NCBI GenBank assembly: GCA_004431415.1
Contig: QPMI01000005.1
Span: forward strand, 372,001 to 436,000
DNA from: Cyanophora paradoxa CCMP329
Lineage: Eukaryota > Plantae > Glaucophyta
DNA length: 64,000 nucleotides
Direction of reading: 5' to 3'
The notes beneath the pieces are model-generated. The model made no database searches. It saw nothing but the letters and a program-made list of their open reading frames with translations, and was not told the DNA's origin. A program made the translations under genes and the position numbers. This document shows positions 58,601-64,000 of the stretch, piece by piece (positions within the stretch are counted from its first letter, which is position 1; each line of letters begins with the position of its first letter).

Positions 58601-61600
58601 ACGCGGGCGCCCTCGGCGACGCCGAACGCGCTGCAGCAGCTGGGGCAGCTGGTGGGCGTGAAGGGCGCCGGCGGCTCGTCGCACCCGAAGAAGAAGAAGG
58701 CGAAGGGGAAGCGGCTGATGGACCCGGAGGTGCAGCGGCAGATCATCGCCTCGGCCAAGTCCAAGGAGGAGCTCTTCAACGTCATCAAGGCGCGCCTGGA
58801 GGAGGACGACGTGCCCCCGGAGCGCATCGAGGAGTACCTGCAGGACGAGGTCTACCCCGAGTTCTTCATGATGCAGCGCGCCCAGCAGGCCGCCGCCAAG
58901 ATCGACCCCGAGGCCGAGCGCTACAAGACCTACGTCAAGACCGCCGTCACCCTTCTCGTCCCCCTCATGCAGGCGAGCCGCGCCCCGCGCGGGTCGCCGG
59001 GCGCGGGGCCGGGGCAATGGTTGACGGCGGGGCCGGGGCGCGCAGGTGACGCTCTTCAAGGCGCCGCCACGGATCAAGGCGGCGACGGGGCCGCCGCGGC
59101 CGCCGCGGCAGCGCCCGCCCTACAACGGCGTCGCGCAGGCCCGCGGCTGGCGCGCCCTCTTCCGCCTCCTCCCCAAGCTCATCGAGAGCGACAAGTACCG
59201 GGACCCGCGGGACCGCTACGCGCGGCTCGAGTTCAACCAGAGCCGCATCGAGGTCCAGCAGCGGGGCCGCAAGGGCGAGACGGTGGCGATGACGATGCGC
59301 GTCCTGGAGGTCGAGCTGACGGACTGCGACTACCGGACGCGGTACCCGCGGATCATGTCGCGGGACGCGGCGCTCGTGACGAGCCCGGAGCGCCCGCACC
59401 TCGTCCTCAGCGTCGAGATGGCGCGCCCCGCCCCGCCCTGCCCCTCGCCCCGGCCCGCCCCCCCGCCCCGCCCCTGACGGCCGCGCGCGCGCGCGTAGAC
59501 GGGGGGCGTGCAGTTCAACTCGATCCAGCTGGCCCCCTCCACCCTCGTCTTCTCCCGTGCGCCCCGCGCCCCGCGCCCCGCGCCGGGGCGAGCCGGGAGT
59601 GACGCCGGGGCGCGGGGGGCGCAGGCTTCGTGAGCACGATGATCGTGTTCATGAACCCGCCCAAGGCGACGACGAAGCTGGACATCTGGGAGGAGAAGCG
59701 GGGGGAGGTGCGGGAGCGGATGCGGACGATGCACACGCGGAGCGTGGAGGAGCTGGTGGCGATCGCGCGGCGGACGATGTTCCGCGGCGTCAACGTCGTC
59801 GCCGAGGAGCTCGCCCTCCTCATCCCCGAGGCCCGCCCCCGCCCCCGCCCCCGCCGGCCCCCTGCCGCCCCGCGGCCGGCGCCTGACGGGCCGCCGCCGC
59901 CGCCGCCCCGCAGGAGTCGTACCTGGAGGTGTCGCGGGCCTCGCACACCAAGCTCTTCAACGTCAACGGCTTCGTGCAGGCCCCCATGCTCGCCGTCAAG
60001 GCCAACCGCGCCGAGGCGCGTCCGCCCCCGCTCGTCCCCGCTCGCGGCGGCGGCCGCCGCTGAAGCGGCTGCGCGGGGCTGCAGGTGCGGATGCTGCAGA
60101 CGTCGCCGGCGGTGAAGGCGCGGTTCGCGAAGACGGCGGGGCGGGCGCTCACGATGGCCGAGGAGCACGAGGAGGTCTACGACTCCATCGAGGCCCAGGT
60201 CCGCCCCGCCCCGCCGCCGCGCGCGCCGCGGGGGCCCGGGCGGGGCCCGACCGGCGGGCGGGGCGGGGCGCAGCTGAGCGACGCGAGCATGTACTTCTGC
60301 CGCGAGTACGAGATGCCGCCGGCGGCGGCGGCGCGCTCCTTCCTGCCCCTGCCGACGCCGCGGAGCCCGAACCCGGCGCTCACGGGGCGGGCCTTCCCGA
60401 TCGCGATGGCGTCGGGCCTGGAGCTCTCGGTGACGATGATGCGGGCGGTGCAGTTCAAGGCGGAGACGATCCGCATGGTCCTCGGGCCGGCCCGCGCCAC
60501 CGTGCGCCTCGGCGCCGACTTCACCAAGATGATCCAGGCCCTCGTCCGCTCCATCCAGCTCGGCCAGAAGATGGCCAAGACGGGCGACTTCAACATCTCC
60601 AACTCGTGGGACAAGCAGCTGATGGGGCAGGTCGCCCAGCAGCGGACGACGGAGATCCCGCAGATGCGCGTCGTGCGCATCGAGATGCCGGCGGGGGCCG
60701 ACCTCGAGTTCCGCGCCTGGGTGGAGTACGGCTTCGCGGCCCTCTCGGGGGACTCGCTGGCGTGCATCCGGAGCGCGCCGGGCATGTTCGTGCACGTCGA
60801 GCAGGGCGCCGAGCGCGAGACCCTCGTCGACGTCGAGGCCGAGCCCAGCCCCGTCAAGAAGGTCCGCCCCGGCCCGCCCCCGCCGCCCCCGCCGCCCCCG
60901 ACGCCGGGCCGGCGCGCAGGCGTCGTCGGGGGCGGCTCGTCGGGGCGGCGCCTCGCCGTGCGGACGCTGACCATCGCGGGGACGGCCTGACGCCCCGCGA
61001 CGGCGACGCCGCCGGCGCCGGGGAGCGCATCGGGCGCCGCTGGGTGAAGTACACGCCCTACCAGAAGATCGAGGTCCACCCGGGCCCCTCCCGCATCGAC
61101 CTCTGGGCCGCCAAGCTCGGCACCTGGGAGCCCTGGGTGGAGAACCTCAACGGGGTGCGCCGCGCCGGCCCGCCCCGCCCGCTCGCCCGGCCGGGGCCCG
61201 AGCCGGGGCCGCGCGCAGGTGATCAAGGTGTTCCGGGACCCGCACGCGGCGGGGACGGACCAGCACGTGACGATCGAGGCGTCGGAGGAGGTCCCGATGA
61301 CCCTCTGCCTGCGCTCGCTCCCCGTCGTCAAGCGCTTCATCGACCAGATGCGGACGGCCACGAAGCGGACGGCGCTCCCCAACCCCGACCTCCTCCCGGG
61401 CCTCCTCCAGGCCGCCGCCCAGGCCCAGGCGGGGGCCGCCGCGGGGCCGCGCCGGGGCACGCGGCGGGGGCGGCGGGGGCGCCGGCGGCGACGCCGGCGA
61501 CGCGGAAGGCGCGGGACGCGGGGGCGGGGGCGCGCTTCTACGTCGTGCGCAACGACACGCCGCACATGGTCACCTTCTCCTTCCTCGTCGACGGCGCGCC

Positions 61601-64000
61601 CGTCCAGCAGCCCTCCAACCGCGCCCTCGGCGCCCCCCAGCAGCAGCAGCAGTACCAGCAGCAGGGGCAGGGGCAGCGCGCGGGGGCGGGGGCGCCGGAG
61701 AGCCTGGCGCCGGGCGAGCAGACGTTCAGCATGGCGGTGCAGGGGCGCTCGATGGTCGCCCGCTCCTCGTCGCTCGCCATGTCGCCCGAGCAGGTGGCCG
61801 GGGCGGAGCACCCCGTGCAGGTCGAGCTCACCGTCCAGGACCGCGGTGCGCCCGCTCGCGCTGCCCCGCCCCGCCCCGCCCCGCCGCGGCATCTGAGCGG
61901 GGCCTGGCGCGGGGCGCAGAGGCGGGGACGCAGGGGACGTGCCGGGTGCCGGTGGCGCGGATCGGGACGTACGTGGTGCCGCTGGCAGACGGGGCGGGGT
62001 ACAACCTCGGGGACGTCGCCTGCGAGGTCTCCCACGACGCCGACCGCAACGAGTTCCGCGTCTCCGTCCAGACCGCCCTCCTCTTCCGCGTGCGCTGGGA
62101 CCCAGCGAGCCGTCGCGGGCACTTGGCGGGGGCTGACGCGGCGGGGCGTCAGAACCACATGCCGGTCCCGCTGGAGATCGCGGCGGTGCCGGGGACGGTG
62201 GATGACCCGCGGGCCGCCCCGCAGCGCGTCTGCGTCGCCCCGGCGGGCGGCGTCGCCGCCGTCCCGCTCAGCTGCTGCGACCGCGGCCGCTTCGCGATCC
62301 GGCCGGCCGGGGACCCGCGGGGGGCCCGCTTCGAGTGGAGCGAGGCGGTGATCGCGGTTGAGCGGGGCGGCAAGGCGCCGGCCAAGTTCGACGCGGCGCG
62401 CCTCTCCTGCCCCGCCTCGGGGGGCGCCGGCCAGGCCACCTTCGCCTTTGCCCTCCAGGCCCGCCCGCCCGCCCCCCGCCGCCGCCCCCGTCCCCGCCCG
62501 CGCCTGACGGGGCGGCTCTAGGTGCGGCCGGTGGAGCGCTACGCGTTCGCGGCCGGCAAGCGCCCCGCGCACGCGCCGCTCCTCCTCGAGGTGCTGCCGC
62601 CGCTGACGGTGGAGAACCTGACGGCGTCGGCGGTGGCGCTGCGGCTCGTCTCCGCGGCGGACGGCCGCTCGCTGCTCGCCGCCGACCACGTGGAGGCGGC
62701 GGCGGGGGACAAGCCGGTGCCGTGCACGGCGGTGCTCCCGCAGCGGGCGGCGGGGCCGCTCCAGCTCTCCGTCGCCCTCCTCGAGGGCGGCCGCCCGGGC
62801 GCCTGGTCGGAGCCCGTCGACGTCGGGGGCGCCGAGGCGCGCCTCAAGAAGGGCCTCTGGCTCGTCGTGCCGCCAGCCGGCCTCCGCGTCCGCGTCGACC
62901 TCGACACGGCCCCCTCGGCCCTCGACCTCTCCGCGTCGCCCTCGCACGGCATCGCCGCCTCCGTGGGGCCCAACCCCTCGCGCCGCCTCCTCCTCTCTGT
63001 TCCCTACTTCGTCGTCAACAAGCTCCCCGTCGCCCTCCGCCTCTTCCCCGACACCAAGGCGCGCCCGCCCGCCGCCGGCCCTCCCCGCCGGCGCTGCGCG
63101 ACCTGACGGTGCGGGGGCGGCGTGCAGGACGAGCGGGCGCTGCAGGCGGCGGCGTCGGGCGGGGCGGGGGCGCTGCACCTGCCGCCCCACCGCGCCGGCG
63201 CCCGCGACAGCATCGCGATGTACGGCGGCGCCGAGGAGAAGTCCCTCTTCGGGGCCGACCCCGACAAGGCCCGCCCCGCCCCGTTCCGCCCCGCCGCCGC
63301 GCCGCGCCGGGCGCCGCCCTGACGCCCCGCGTGCAGGTGCGGATCGCGCTCGCGGACGCCGGCCCGGTGCCCATCGACGAGGACCCGACGGACGGGACGG
63401 AGGACCCGCGCGCCGACGGCCAGGCCGCCCCCGCTGGGTCTCCAGGTCCGACCCGCCTCCGCCCCGCAGCGGCGCGGCGGCGGCGCGGCGCCGACGGGGG
63501 CGGCTCGGGGCAGGGCGCTGGACGTGGCGAAGCCGACGCCGTCGACGGACGGGTTCGTGGTGCCGCTGCGGACGCGGGCCGGGGGCCTGCACGAGGTCTC
63601 CGTGGTGGTCGCCAAGGGCGCCGGCAAGCTCGAGAAGCGCACGCGGGTCGTCACCCTCGCCCCGCGCCTCGTCCTCGTCAACCTCCTCGACCGCGCCGTC
63701 GAGGCCTGCCAGGCGCGCCCCGGCCCCGCCCCGCCCCGCCCCGCGCCCCGCCGCTCGCCGCCCGGCGCGCCCGGCTGACGGGGGCGGCAGACGGCGACGA
63801 ACTCGGTCTTCCGGGTGGAGCGGGGCGAGACGGTGCCGATCTCGTGGCCCTCGGCGGAGACGCCGCGGCTGGCGCGCGTGCGGCTCGCCATGGAGGGCTG
63901 GCACTGGTCGGGGCCCTTCCACGTCGACCGCCCCGGCATGACCGCCGTCCGCATCGTCCGCTCCCAGGCCGCCGCCGCCGGCGGGGGCGCCCCGCAGCCC
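55632..64000 (+). CDS. VPS13: VPS13-family bridge-like lipid transfer protein, 3'-partial
   Basis: Chorein_N: MFEKLI..LGQYL..GDIQLENLKL..LDLPVQIKAGYLGKLRL..PVIVNIEDLY; IMDNLQVTVRNLHMVFED; LENFGMYWN; AWWEYA. VAB-like repeats: VPYFVVNKLPV, TRVVTLAPRLVLVN, WSGPF. Confidence 0.9.

Noticed and set aside
58046-63922. Long minus-strand ORFs (58046-59077, 59515-60795, 60177-61892, 61538-63922)
   Set aside because: Antisense to VPS13 exons; stop-codon scarcity due to very high GC.

Overview
GC-rich, intron-dense eukaryotic (protist/algal-type) genomic DNA. Many single-base frameshifts fall at C/G runs and look like unpolished long-read errors. 1-~11.5 kb: 5' part of a very large, intron-free, minus-strand LTR-type retroelement (Gag-like region, CCHC knuckle, ~7 kb unassignable coding sequence, retropepsin, post-protease spacer); RT/integrase would lie off the left edge. 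12.4-15.9 kb: orphan multi-exon gene. 16.4-21.2 kb: composite repeat A-Y-B|A-X-B, with two near-identical end modules around two different cargos, asymmetric inverted repeats and CWG flanks. Then host genes: F-box/LRR/ankyrin protein, a large low-complexity protein, a peptide deformylase homolog with all three catalytic motifs degenerate, SEC22, a hybrid sensor histidine kinase, two Tc1/pogo-type MITEs, an intron-containing AnmK-family kinase, an ependymin-like secreted protein, a CBM20 + coiled-coil protein, and a VPS13-family gene running off the right edge. Window-wide oddities: many GC-AG introns, and non-coding DNA saturated with short palindromes that appear to arise by inverted micro-duplication. 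The species cannot be determined from sequence; AnmK plus a CBM20 protein would fit a glaucophyte-like alga, but that is a guess. Exon structures were read by eye, so gene ends are approximate.
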